Numbered from the stretch's first letter, positions 48,699 to 58,622 are shown. The stretch is DNA of 64,000 nucleotides from Candidatus Bathyarchaeota archaeon (GCA_963833575.1 CAWHXY010000004.1:576001-640000), one strand, 5' to 3'. Program-made: numbers and translations. Notes: generated by a model from the letters alone, not told the origin.

Positions 48699-49904
48699 TT
48701 AAGCCCAGAAACTCTTTGAATACTCGCCTAAGACGCCTTCATATATTTGCTTGGTTTGTTGCGCAATTTTTTCCCAATCGTACTTTTCTAAAACTGTTTT
48801 GTACGCGTTTTCTCTGAGACTTTGTCTGTAGTTATCATCAAGCAACACTTTTGTTATCCCCCATGCTAGTGAATCAGGGTTATTGGGAAAAACTTTAACG
48901 CCAGTTACGTCATGGTCGATGATTTCTGATAAGCCACCTGTATCAGATGCTACTACTGGACTTTTTGCAGCCATAGCTTCCAACGCAACTATTCCGAACG
49001 GTTCAAAAAGGGAGGGCACAACGGATACGTCTGCGCATTTCTGAAGTTTAAGCAAGCTTTCTTCATCTACGAAGCCTTCGAACAAAACTTTATGCTCAAG
49101 CCCCATACTGCGAACAATGTTTAGCAGCTGCTCTTTCATATAACCGCTTCCGACAATTATGAATTTAGCATTGACTTTTTGCAAGATTTTTGGGGCAGCG
49201 TTAATTAACACATGAATGCCTTTTTCGTATACAAGTCTACCTACGTATAACACTATTTTTTCGTCTGGCAAGGCAAATTTGCTTCGGAATTCCTTCAAAC
49301 CATCTTCAGCGGTATTGTAAGATTGGGTGTTTACGCCATTAGGAACCATAACTAGCTTGTCGTCTGGAAGCCCAAATGCCCATTTAACGTGTGAAATCAT
49401 ATATTTGCTGCAACAAATTACCCGCCATGCTTCATAGGTCAACCAAGCTTCGGTCTCATGGATCATTTTTTCAGTGTTGGTATGTAATCCATCTCTTCTG
49501 CCGATTTCGGTTGAATGCATAGTTACCAAAAGGGGTTTTCGAAAAACATGTTTAAGCCCAATGCCTGCATCCGCCACAAGCCAATCGTGTGCATGGAAAA
49601 CATCAATCTTATTTCCGATTTTCCTAGTTAGAGCTGCTGTTTCTTTTTGCATATTGAGATTCATTAAGTAAACCCATGATGCAAAATCTGGTGCAGGATT
49701 TTTGTAGGAGTCAATACGGTAAACCTCGACGCCGTCGATGACTTCATGAGAAGGTGTGTTGGGAAAGTCGCAGGTAACAACGTAGACTTTTACGTCTTGT
49801 TTTACTAAGTTTTTTGATAAAAAGTAAACATGAGGTGATATTCCTCCGATAACTCTGGGTGGGTACTCCCAGGTTAGCATCATAACGGTTAAGTCATCTT
49901 TCAT
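48699..49904 (-). CDS. GT4 glycosyltransferase (glycogen-synthase-like)
   Basis: WEYPPRVIGG, HAHDW, GRLVYEKG, EPFGIVALEAM. Confidence 0.92.
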   Translation of the reverse strand: MKDDLTVMMLTWEYPPRVIGGISPHVYFLSKNLVKQDVKVYVVTCDFPNTPSHEVIDGVEVYRIDSYKNPAPDFASWVYLMNLNMQKETAALTRKIGNKIDVFHAHDWLVADAGIGLKHVFRKPLLVTMHSTEIGRRDGLHTNTEKMIHETEAWLTYEAWRVICCSKYMISHVKWAFGLPDDKLVMVPNGVNTQSYNTAEDGLKEFRSKFALPDEKIVLYVGRLVYEKGIHVLINAAPKILQKVNAKFIIVGSGYMKEQLLNIVRSMGLEHKVLFEGFVDEESLLKLQKCADVSVVPSLFEPFGIVALEAMAAKSPVVASDTGGLSEIIDHDVTGVKVFPNNPDSLAWGITKVLLDDNYRQSLRENAYKTVLEKYDWEKIAQQTKQIYEGVLGEYSKSFWA

Positions 49905-50524
49905 TTGGCTTTCATTCCACCCACGCTTTTGTAGAGTTTAAGGATATCCGTTAGCCAGGAATCTGGATCGGTTGAAATAACAACTATCTTTTCTTCAGGC
50001 ACTTTGTAAATTCGAATAACCTCGTCTCGCATCCATTCCGACTTGACGCTGATTTTCTCAGCCTCAAAGAAACCTAACCATTCAATACTTTTAATCGCCA
50101 TATTATACGAGGTATTTACTGCTTGAGATCTATGGTCTTCTAAGCTTTCAACGGAATAAACAAAAGGTATACCAAGTCCACTTTTTAATGTGACAGCTGC
50201 TGGAACAAAATGCCAATCATAGACGTCTACAAGATCAATTTGCTTGTTGGCTCCATAATAGATGTTGGCTGCCGCTCTTTCGACCTCTTGGTTTAAAGTT
50301 AAATCCCAAGTCAAAACCCCAATATGAGTTCGGACAGGGTTTGACACCCTTACAGTTTTTACCCCTGACGGCTCTAGATCTTGACCAGTTGAACGATCAT
50401 CATAAGTTACAACATTGACATCTACCTTTTTAACAGCTAGTCGATCTGAGAGGGCTTTAACATATTCCGAGAGTTTTCCTACCACTCTTGGCGGATACTC
50501 CCAGGAAAGAATAATTACACGCAT
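49901..50524 (-). CDS. GT4 N-terminal-domain-only protein
   Basis: WEYPPRVVG, DVYDW, SLE; ends before the nucleotide-sugar-binding domain; ATGA overlap with the full GT4. Confidence 0.75.
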   Translation of the reverse strand: MRVIILSWEYPPRVVGKLSEYVKALSDRLAVKKVDVNVVTYDDRSTGQDLEPSGVKTVRVSNPVRTHIGVLTWDLTLNQEVERAAANIYYGANKQIDLVDVYDWHFVPAAVTLKSGLGIPFVYSVESLEDHRSQAVNTSYNMAIKSIEWLGFFEAEKISVKSEWMRDEVIRIYKVPEEKIVVISTDPDSWLTDILKLYKSVGGMKAK

Positions 50525-50531
50525 GGTTCCA

Positions 50532-50783
50532 CTACGTGAAAAGAGAGCAGACCTTGATTATTCCTCTTGCATTAAGGTAGTAGCGTTTTTTTCCTTCATT
50601 ATCAACAAAGCTTTCAGCAAAACCCTCAGATTTATAATTATCCAAAATGCCTTCGATTTCATTTGGGTCTTTCTGCATAAGTCGGGCGACTTCTTCGCCT
50701 CTTCTTGCTAAATCAGCGGCTGTTGCACATAAGTTATGCAGGGTTTGCAAAACCTTATCGGGATAAGGAAGCTCGTCTCTCAT
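50532..50783 (-). CDS. Small wHTH-like protein
   Basis: ...SEGFAES.....KRYYLNARG wing motif. Confidence 0.6.
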   Translation of the reverse strand: MRDELPYPDKVLQTLHNLCATAADLARRGEEVARLMQKDPNEIEGILDNYKSEGFAESFVDNEGKKRYYLNARGIIKVCSLFT

Positions 50784-50845
50784 TTTTGCTGCACCGTTCT
50801 GTCAGTAAGTTACGGCACTTCCTTTATAAATGCATACTTATTTTT

Positions 50846-52393
50846 TTAGAAAAGTTGAGTTGCGTCTTGCGTTTGTTTATTGAGGGTTGCATATCGTTTT
50901 TTTGTGAAATCTACAATTGTTTCTCGCAGTTTTTCTCCTTTCTCTTTCAAACCTTTGATTTCCTTAAACTGCAATGCTAGTTTTTGGTCTTTAAGTGAGC
51001 TTTTAGCCCAGCTTTCAAAATCTCCGTTGTAGACATGAAACTCTACGGCTTCAATGGTTACGTCTTTGATTGCTCTAATGAATCCTTTAAAGCTCCAAGC
51101 CATAGTTCCCGTGTAATATTGTTTTCCGACTCCAGTGTAGAATAGGAAAGGCTCGTTGGCGGTCAAAATCATCAGTCTAAGCCTCGCTTCAAATTCGCTT
51201 AGAAGCGTTTGTGCAGCAACGAATGCGTCCATGGGAGATTCAAATGGGCTGAAGTATGAGTGAACTTCGCCTGGGCCACCTCCGGCGGTAAACATGTAGT
51301 ATAAATGGTCGCTTGTTTGAAAGTCGCGCCAAAGTCTAAGAAATTCAATATCATCAGCTTCTTTTACGAGTGGTTCCAACCGCCGAAGGGCAGTGTAGTA
51401 TGCCCATTGCATCACGTTGCCAAGCCAGCCGGTTTGATCTCTTTGTACGTCTGCCCAAGAAACCGTACCGCCTGCTTCGGGTACGTCGATTTCGTCTGTG
51501 GGTGCATGTCTGGCAACTACTTCTGATGGTGTTGCCATCTGCAAATTCTCAAATTTCAATATCTCGTCAGGAAGATGCTGCAGGAAGCTGTGAATTCCCG
51601 TTTCTGGCCAATGATGTTCTCCGAAAGTTTCGTAGTCTGGGAAAATGTTGATGCATTCGCCCTTTGTGCCCGCTAGCCAACCTGCATATTTGTCTGCCGT
51701 TAATGGCCATTCAGGCCACCATCTTGCTGAAAACCTAAAACCGATATCGTCAGTTAATTTGTAGTTGCGAAGCAAGACACGAATTTTTTTGGCACCTTTA
51801 GAGGTGTAAAGGTAATTTGGAGATTTTTCGCCTAGAATTTTCTCCACGCCTTCAGTGTAGATGCCTTTGTAGCCTAACGATTCAACAGTTTTAGCTATGG
51901 TGTTGTTATATAGAAGTTCGGTGTTCTCGAAAATATTCGGCGAATAGCCAAGCAAGTCCTTTATGGCTTGTTTATGCATTTTTATTTGTTCAATAAATTC
52001 TTCTTTGTCTGGATAAAGGCTGGAGATAGAGTGATAGTAGGTTTGGTCAAGCAGCTCTACGCATCCAGTACTGACTAGTTGCTTGAAAGTTTCAAGAAGG
52101 TCTGGATCAAACATTTCGCATTGTTCAAGGAACACGCCTGAAACGCTAAATGAAAATTTGGCTTGCTTATGATCGTGCCTGTGTTTGTCTATTGTATCAA
52201 GCAGTATCTGGTTTGAAGGAAAATAGCATTTGCGGGCAGCACGCTTGAAAATTTCTCGATCAACTTCATTGTCAAAATAGTAGTTGAACAATTCTTCTTT
52301 ATTCAGGCGTCTGAAAATTTTGCCTTCCCAAAACAGATTCCGTCTAAGCCTATGTGGCTGATGAACTTCAAAGACAAACACTACATCCGTCAT
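50846..52393 (-). CDS. GH57 alpha-amylase-like hydrolase with C-terminal DUF5752-like domain
   Basis: FEVHQP, QTYYHS, NTEL, DYETFGEH, SWAD, SDHLYY; tail FH...GDFESW. Confidence 0.92.
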   Translation of the reverse strand: MTDVVFVFEVHQPHRLRRNLFWEGKIFRRLNKEELFNYYFDNEVDREIFKRAARKCYFPSNQILLDTIDKHRHDHKQAKFSFSVSGVFLEQCEMFDPDLLETFKQLVSTGCVELLDQTYYHSISSLYPDKEEFIEQIKMHKQAIKDLLGYSPNIFENTELLYNNTIAKTVESLGYKGIYTEGVEKILGEKSPNYLYTSKGAKKIRVLLRNYKLTDDIGFRFSARWWPEWPLTADKYAGWLAGTKGECINIFPDYETFGEHHWPETGIHSFLQHLPDEILKFENLQMATPSEVVARHAPTDEIDVPEAGGTVSWADVQRDQTGWLGNVMQWAYYTALRRLEPLVKEADDIEFLRLWRDFQTSDHLYYMFTAGGGPGEVHSYFSPFESPMDAFVAAQTLLSEFEARLRLMILTANEPFLFYTGVGKQYYTGTMAWSFKGFIRAIKDVTIEAVEFHVYNGDFESWAKSSLKDQKLALQFKEIKGLKEKGEKLRETIVDFTKKRYATLNKQTQDATQLF

Positions 52394-52552
52394 AACACTT
52401 CGCCCTAGGAAGAAAATAGCAGTAGGCACATTTATTCTTAATTTGCCATTTTAGCTTAAACTATAAAAAGGAATACTGCTTAAAACTCAAAACAGTTAAC
52501 TAATTTGTCTGAATTAGAAAATTTTATATAAAGAGCAGTTGATGTCAGAGGC

Positions 52553-53209
52553 ATGGCAAATAAAAAGACACCTCAGAAAAAGTCCAATAGACGGGGAATA
52601 ATAATTGGCATAATAGTTCTAATCATAATTGTCATAGGTGCCTATGCAGTCATTCGGCAACCAGGTAGCCAGAACACAAATTCAACAAACCCAACGGCAA
52701 CTCCAACCACCTCTCCAGCAAGCAACACTAATGGAACAAAAGTTCTGTTTCAAACTACAGCGGGTAACATAACAATTCAATTATATACTGACAAACCTAT
52801 CACGACAGCCAACTTCATTAACATAGTCCAAAAAGGCTGGTATGATGGCACAACATTCCACAGAGTTATTGCTGGATTTATGATTCAAGGCGGCGCAATT
52901 AATCAGACTATTCCAACTATATCTGACGAAATAGGCACAAACAATCGCAATCTACCTTACACAATAGCGATGGCTAAAACTAGTCAGCCCAATTCGGCAA
53001 CAAGCGAATTCTTCATAAACGTTGCAGATAACGGCGCGAATAATCCTGGCTTTGATTCCACATATACAGTTTTCGGATCTGTGATCTCAGGACAAAGTGT
53101 GGTTGATGCAATAGCCAATGCGCCAGTGACCGCAAACCCCAGCATACCCGGTGAAGTGAGCACGCCAATCAATCCAGTCAGCATTATAAAAGCTACAATT
53201 ATACCTTAA
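52553..53209 (+). CDS. Membrane-anchored cyclophilin-type PPIase
   Basis: N-terminal TM, Thr/Pro linker, FHRVIAGFMIQGG, AMA, SEFFIN, VFG. Confidence 0.9.
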   Translation: MANKKTPQKKSNRRGIIIGIIVLIIIVIGAYAVIRQPGSQNTNSTNPTATPTTSPASNTNGTKVLFQTTAGNITIQLYTDKPITTANFINIVQKGWYDGTTFHRVIAGFMIQGGAINQTIPTISDEIGTNNRNLPYTIAMAKTSQPNSATSEFFINVADNGANNPGFDSTYTVFGSVISGQSVVDAIANAPVTANPSIPGEVSTPINPVSIIKATIIP

Positions 53210-53340
53210 ACAAAATTAGAAACTTGGTTCTTTATTTTTCTTCGTTTTCTAAAAAAGCATTAGAAACGCCAATTCGAAAAAATATTGTTGTCTGCAATAA
53301 CCATAATAGTCATTATTCTAATTGTTATTCGGGAAATTTT

Positions 53341-53874
53341 ATGTCAGGAAAAACAACAAATCAACCCTCAAATGCGGCATCAAATTTGTCTTCAGTGCCC
53401 AAGGAATATGTTAACGGAACAAAAGTTTTACTTCACACCAACACGGGCGACATCACAATCCAACTACGAAATGACATGCCAATAACTACGAACAACTTTA
53501 GGAGTTTAGTTCAAAAGGGAACATTCAACGGGACAATCTTCCACCGAGTTATCAAGGGCTTTATGATTCAAGGCGGCGACCCAACAGGAACAGGATACGG
53601 TGACCCATCAATACCCGACATCAAAGACGAATTCACAACTAACAACCGCAACAGCAGAGGCACCATATCAATGGCTAATGCAGGTCCAAACACAGAAAGC
53701 AGCCAATTTTTCATCAATTTAGTAAACAACAATTTCTTAGATTCCAAGCATCCAGCTTTCGGCAAAGTCATATCTGGAATGGAGGTTGTCGACGCAATCG
53801 CTAAAGTGGCAACGAATCAGAATGATAAACCAACCAAAAACGTAACGATAATTAAAGCATCAATCGTGTCTTAA
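53341..53874 (+). CDS. Cyclophilin-type PPIase; N-terminal anchor out of frame
   Basis: FHRVIKGFMIQGGDPTGTG, SMANAGPN, SQFFIN, LDSKH..FG. Confidence 0.85.
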   Translation: MSGKTTNQPSNAASNLSSVPKEYVNGTKVLLHTNTGDITIQLRNDMPITTNNFRSLVQKGTFNGTIFHRVIKGFMIQGGDPTGTGYGDPSIPDIKDEFTTNNRNSRGTISMANAGPNTESSQFFINLVNNNFLDSKHPAFGKVISGMEVVDAIAKVATNQNDKPTKNVTIIKASIVS

Positions 53875-53900
53875 ACAAAAAAAAATAAAAAGAATTCAAG

Positions 53901-54104
53901 TTACTTTTTCTTTTCTTCTTTCTCTTTTGGCTTGGAACCGATTTCAACAGCTAAAATGTTTATTTGATAGTTTTTGTCGCCAATCTGCATTTTTCCTTGA
54001 GCGTGATAACCTTTGCTTCCGGTCTTAAAATTTTTCTCGCCGCTCAAAATGAAAGATTGTTTTGCGCCTTTAAGTTGAATCGTTGCCATATCTACGTCGC
54101 TCAT
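53901..54104 (-). CDS. Small basic beta-rich hypothetical protein
   Basis: KNFKTGSKGYHAQGK...YQINILAVEIGSK; GGTGA RBS. Confidence 0.75.
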   Translation of the reverse strand: MSDVDMATIQLKGAKQSFILSGEKNFKTGSKGYHAQGKMQIGDKNYQINILAVEIGSKPKEKEEKKK

Positions 54105-54273
54105 TTTAAAGTCACCAATTGAAATTAGACAATACTTTGTGCCTTTTCACCTTTTCGCTCCACACACAACGGAAAAAACAAATGGGACTTATCTGCTATG
54201 TTACTTTGTAATCGCATAAGTTAAATACCATCATGAAATCAAAATGCAGGAAAAGAAAACTCGGATATTTTTA

Positions 54274-54654
54274 TTAATAGTGAAATTGGTGCGGTCGCCG
54301 GGATTTGAACCCGGGATCATTAGCTTGGAAGGCTAAAGTCCTAAACCAGACTAGACGACAACCGCCCTTGACATTACTTGTATTTCCAATATCTGTGCTT
54401 AATTTAAGGTTATTGCAACCATCTTGAATTGGTTTTTGAACACCTAGAAGATTACTTTGATCAGCAACAGTGTTCAATTGGTCTATGTTGGAATCTTTGC
54501 TTAGTTGGCTTTGACCCCAGTCTTTACTCTGTTGATGATAAGAAAACTTGCCTTTACCATTATCTCCCATGCCTGAATAATGTCTAACTCTGTAGTAATT
54601 GCCTAATTGCTAAAGATACCCCTCTTGTTTACAAACCTGACATATAATTCTCAT
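54274..54654 (-). pseudogene. Zn-finger-like ORF spanning tRNA-Gly, with in-frame TAG at 54610-54612
   Basis: MRIICQVCKQEGYL*QLGNYYRVRHY...SYHQQ continues in frame through the whole tRNA. Confidence 0.55.
54287..54365 (-). tRNA. tRNA-Gly(TCC), CCA encoded
   Basis: Acceptor GCGGTTG/CGACCGC-ACCA, anticodon arm TTAGC-CTTCCAA-GCTAA, T-arm CCGGGTTCAAATCCCGG. Confidence 0.95.
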
Positions 54655-54803
54655 TTTACCACATTCTTAGTTTTGGGACCTGACCAGTCAACTTAGGATT
54701 TAAAGACCATTAAAACAAAAATAGGGAGCGTTCTAAAATGGAATCCTAATGTTAAAAAATGTGTAAGACACTATCATAAATCAAGACGAATAAAAGTCAA
54801 CCT

Positions 54804-55190
54804 TTGACTTCAATCATGATGAGTTTTATGCCAGAAAGAAGGGTTCATCTAAAGTTTGACAAATATCTGATAGAACATGATATTATTGCTAATAGAGATT
54901 ATTCGATTGTTCACGATAGGATGGATAGGGATTTTCAATATCATGGGGGCTGGAATCACCAAAACTTTGACTTTTTTCATGATATTGATGGAATAAGATT
55001 TTGGATAAGAACCTGGGATCATTTGGCTTATCAAGAAACTCTGACTTATTATGTTAGAGTGGCTTTGGGGCATATAGTCTTGGATGAAATGGTGCACAAT
55101 TACGATTTTGAAGATGAATATGAGCTAATGAAATCAGCTTATAGGAGTTATGTAATGAGGGGTTTTTGCAGTTGCTACTTTAAGAAATAA
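54804..55190 (+). CDS. Hypothetical protein (His/Asp-rich, possibly metal-binding)
   Basis: MPERRVH...VHDRMD...HH-like and GHIVLD motifs. Confidence 0.6.
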   Translation: MTSIMMSFMPERRVHLKFDKYLIEHDIIANRDYSIVHDRMDRDFQYHGGWNHQNFDFFHDIDGIRFWIRTWDHLAYQETLTYYVRVALGHIVLDEMVHNYDFEDEYELMKSAYRSYVMRGFCSCYFKK

Positions 55191-55204
55191 CTCAATAGGT
55201 TTTC

Positions 55205-55345
55205 TTAAGGTTCTATTCCTGATCCACCACAATGGGGACATTGTAGTTTATGGAACTTTCCTGATCCACCACATCTGATGCATTGGGTGTCGCTATCTTC
55301 AGCATCATTTTCATCTTCAATTGTTATTATGATTCTCTTTGGCAT
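55205..55345 (-). CDS. 46-aa DnaJ-type zinc finger microprotein (missed by ORF track)
   Basis: MPKRIIITIEDENDAEDSDTQCIRCGGSGKFHKLQCPHCGGSGIEP*: two CxxCxGxG motifs. Confidence 0.75.
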   Translation of the reverse strand: MPKRIIITIEDENDAEDSDTQCIRCGGSGKFHKLQCPHCGGSGIEP

Positions 55346-55884
55346 AAAAACCCCATAACTCATTTGATTTTTATAATTTGTGTATTTCTAATCTATTATC
55401 TCCAAAATACGCTTAATCTTCTTCTCTTTTCTAAAATATGTTATAGGTCTACTTTTCGCCATAGGCAGATCTTGATTGATACATTCCATAGAGGATAGAT
55501 CATAATTAGAACTAGTACTCGTCCATTTCTTTCTTTAAGGTAAGGAATAGAACTTGTTTCTTTCTTGCAGGGCTGCTTTGTCAATGATTAGCGACAGATC
55601 ATGACTAAAACCTCTATATTCTTAGCAGATTTGCCCAAAAGACTGGCTTGATTGTGGATTTTTGACATATACTAAACATTGATCAGTTTAGAAATAGTAT
55701 CTAAAGCTGAATAGGCTAACGTTTACGTTAACCATTCCACAAGAAAAAAAGTTGATCTTCACGTAAATTCAAAAGAATTGTTATAAGTCGTTCTTCAAGA
55801 GGAACAGACTGTTCTCTGGGGAGAGTAATATGGGCGTTAAATCAATTATACTTTTAGAAGAAGAGTAAAATCACTGGTGACAAA

Positions 55885-56355
55885 ATGGGCAAGAAACTAA
55901 AAATCATTATGTCAATTATTTTTTCTTTACTTTTGTTGTCAACGATTTATTTTGCTGTTTTTGAAGCCAGTCTTAATTATGAATTAGCCCAAAAAAATTT
56001 AGAGGTAGATAGGTTGAACAATCAAGTAGTTGACCTTCAGAATCAATTGAACAATCAAAATAAACCGACTTTGGTTACAGCTCTTGGAATTTCTACTGAG
56101 CCTAGAAATAATACGGCCTATCCTCATCCCCACTTTACTATGGACGGTTTTGTTTTCAATGTTGGAACAAAAACTGCTTACAATGCGAGACTAGACATAG
56201 TTGCCTATTACAAGAATGGGCTTTTGGCTTTGAATTTTTCAATTCCTTTGGGTAATATGGAAAAGTGGCAGATCGTGCAAGTAGACAAGATTATAGCGAC
56301 CACTGACTGGATAGGCAATTACACAGTAATACCCATGTCCAACGATACTCCTTAA
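55885..56355 (+). CDS. Membrane-anchored protein with coiled coil and Ig-like C-terminus
   Basis: N-terminal TM, LNNQV.DLQNQL coil, G.VFN.G..TAYN beta domain; GGTGA RBS. Confidence 0.75.
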   Translation: MGKKLKIIMSIIFSLLLLSTIYFAVFEASLNYELAQKNLEVDRLNNQVVDLQNQLNNQNKPTLVTALGISTEPRNNTAYPHPHFTMDGFVFNVGTKTAYNARLDIVAYYKNGLLALNFSIPLGNMEKWQIVQVDKIIATTDWIGNYTVIPMSNDTP

Positions 56356-56893
56356 AACTTGCAACAAAAAAGCGACCGACAGTATCTGCCGATTAATTGG
56401 TCAAGAAGTAGTTTAAGATAGAAATTGATATTGCGTAAATTAGATCTGACTGAAAACAAAGAAGTCAGGATTTTGAAGCATCAAATCGAAAACAGATTAA
56501 AACAGATTATTATTGGTCAAAAACACGCAAGAACACGTTTGAAACGCGCAAGTAGACGTCAAAACTACGCAGACAGACGTCAAATCTCTTCACAACTTCA
56601 AAACCAAAACGCCGCCGTAATCACGCTTTCGCCAAACCCAACCCAATCCAAGCCTCTCTCAAAACGACTTAGCGCAAAAATTGAAGGAAAAGCTTCAAAA
56701 AATTCTAAATTTCAAAATCTTCTTTTCTAAAAAGCGAGGGACAAACAAGATATCAGCAAGTTCTAAGAAAAAAAACGTTTCCGCGTCATGATTTCAATTT
56801 AAATTCGAATTTCTCAGATGAAAATTAGAGTAAAGGATGGAATGGTATATCTTGAGCGAATCGCAAAGATATAGAATTAGTAAGTGTCAGAAG

Positions 56894-57175
56894 ATGGGTG
56901 TTAGTAAAGAAGCGCGTAAAGTTCCGGGCAGTCGAATGAAAATCTTAACAAAAGACGCAAAACAAATGGTTAACGGACCATACTATTGCCCAAAATGCAG
57001 AAAAGAACTCCTGCAGATTTTAGCAAATGTACATAAAAAAGAAGTGTACGCAATCTGCAAATGCGGTCTTGAATGGCAATTAACTTATGCACCTGTTTTC
57101 CAGCCGATAGATTACTACAATAAGTTTAGAGACGCTTGGAAAAAGCAAAGCTACGGAATAATCAAGCAAAAATAG
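56894..57175 (+). CDS. Elf1-like zinc-ribbon protein
   Basis: YYCPKC...AICKCG...QPIDYYNKF.D resembles the Elf1 pattern. Confidence 0.55.
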   Translation: MGVSKEARKVPGSRMKILTKDAKQMVNGPYYCPKCRKELLQILANVHKKEVYAICKCGLEWQLTYAPVFQPIDYYNKFRDAWKKQSYGIIKQK

Positions 57176-57428
57176 GGCAACAAATAAACCACAAATAATT
57201 ATCTACAAATAGACGTGCAAGTTTTTTTGCTTTAGTAACAACAACCCATGAGCGCACGTAGAATTGCTCTTGAAATTATGTGTGGTCGCTCTTCAATTAG
57301 CAATGTCGATTTACAGTTTTACTGTTTTCTTGTGCTGTTCAGCTGTTCAACAGTTCACTACTTGGTAATAATTTGGGATAAGTTTTAAACGCATAGGCAA
57401 CGACTGTTAACGAAGTTGAAGAGTCAAG

Positions 57429-58613
57429 ATGAGCAGACCGTTGCTGAGCCATAAATCAATCACATTATTGATTATCTTAGGGTTACTACTTGTTTTATCG
57501 ACACCTATTGTACATCCCTTTGAATTGGTTACTGCTCAGACTTCCGATCAATCCCAGAGTTATGTTAGAGAGTTTTCATGGGATTATGGTGGAAACCACT
57601 GGATTTGGAACCTCAGCATTCCAGTTGCCTTGTATGACGCTTACAAAGCAGTACCTGATTCTGAAAGAATTCGGAATGGTCCTGCCGGCTATGACGTGAT
57701 GGTTACAACTCAAGATAGTTACATACAAAGCCTAGCGGAAAAAATCAATGAAACCACAAATCAGCTTGGATACGGTTCATACGATAAGGTAAATTTTGTT
57801 TTAGCTTTCGTTCAGAGCATTACTTACAATTCTGACTTAAACACTACAGGATATGAAGAATATCCGAGATTTCCAGTTGAAATATTAGTTGATCAGACTG
57901 GCGATTGCGATTGCAAAGCTATACTTTTTGCCACGTTAGCCATTTCACTGGGGTACGGTGCAGTTTTTATTAACCCACCAGATCACTTAGCAGTGGGCAT
58001 ACTTGGAAATGATCTTCAAGGCACCTTTTGGACATACGAGAACAAAACATATTATTATGCAGAGACAACGGGGACAGGCTTTAAAATTGGTGATCTTCCA
58101 GACGAATTTCAAGGTAAAACTGCTTATGTTTACCCGATAGATGAAAACAACCAATACGTTTTAAATTCGCAGACAACCACCACAATTGGACCCGACCCAA
58201 CTATTTTGCCGTACCCCTTTGATACGCAAACACCAGCACCAACAGCAAACAGCGGAACAACCCCAACTAATACACCCGACATTTCTCAACCAACAATTGA
58301 ACCAGTTCAACCAATATCACTTAATTTAATTTCAGATAATCCGATTGCATTCGTAATTATAGTCATTGCCATCGGTATTTCAATCGCTGTTACAGTTAAA
58401 ACAACAACAGGTTCCAAGAAACTAAAAACCAACAGACAAACTGCAACAAATGAGTCAAGCATTATCCAATCTGAAAACCCAAATACATCAGAAAACAAGT
58501 CTGTTGAAACATCAGATCACAATGCAGAGATTGGCAAATTCTGCATTTTCTGTGGCTCTGGTAACAAATCGTTTGCATCGTACTGCGAGAAATGCGGCAA
58601 GAAAATAAGTTAG
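57429..58613 (+). CDS. Surface transglutaminase-like protein with TM and C-terminal Zn ribbon
   Basis: FVQSI.Y, YPRFP.E.L...GDCDCK, DHLAVG, YAETT; Pro/Thr linker; TM; CIFCG...CEKCG. Confidence 0.85.
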   Translation: MSRPLLSHKSITLLIILGLLLVLSTPIVHPFELVTAQTSDQSQSYVREFSWDYGGNHWIWNLSIPVALYDAYKAVPDSERIRNGPAGYDVMVTTQDSYIQSLAEKINETTNQLGYGSYDKVNFVLAFVQSITYNSDLNTTGYEEYPRFPVEILVDQTGDCDCKAILFATLAISLGYGAVFINPPDHLAVGILGNDLQGTFWTYENKTYYYAETTGTGFKIGDLPDEFQGKTAYVYPIDENNQYVLNSQTTTTIGPDPTILPYPFDTQTPAPTANSGTTPTNTPDISQPTIEPVQPISLNLISDNPIAFVIIVIAIGISIAVTVKTTTGSKKLKTNRQTATNESSIIQSENPNTSENKSVETSDHNAEIGKFCIFCGSGNKSFASYCEKCGKKIS

Positions 58614-58622
58614 GATCAAGGC

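Noticed and set aside
55217-55273. Direct repeat TTCCTGATCCACCACA x2
   Set aside because: Explained by the two CGGSG motifs of the minus-strand zinc finger
56425-56730. 101-aa basic ORF with AGACGTCAAA repeat
   Set aside because: No RBS or domain and atypical composition; probably spurious or decayed
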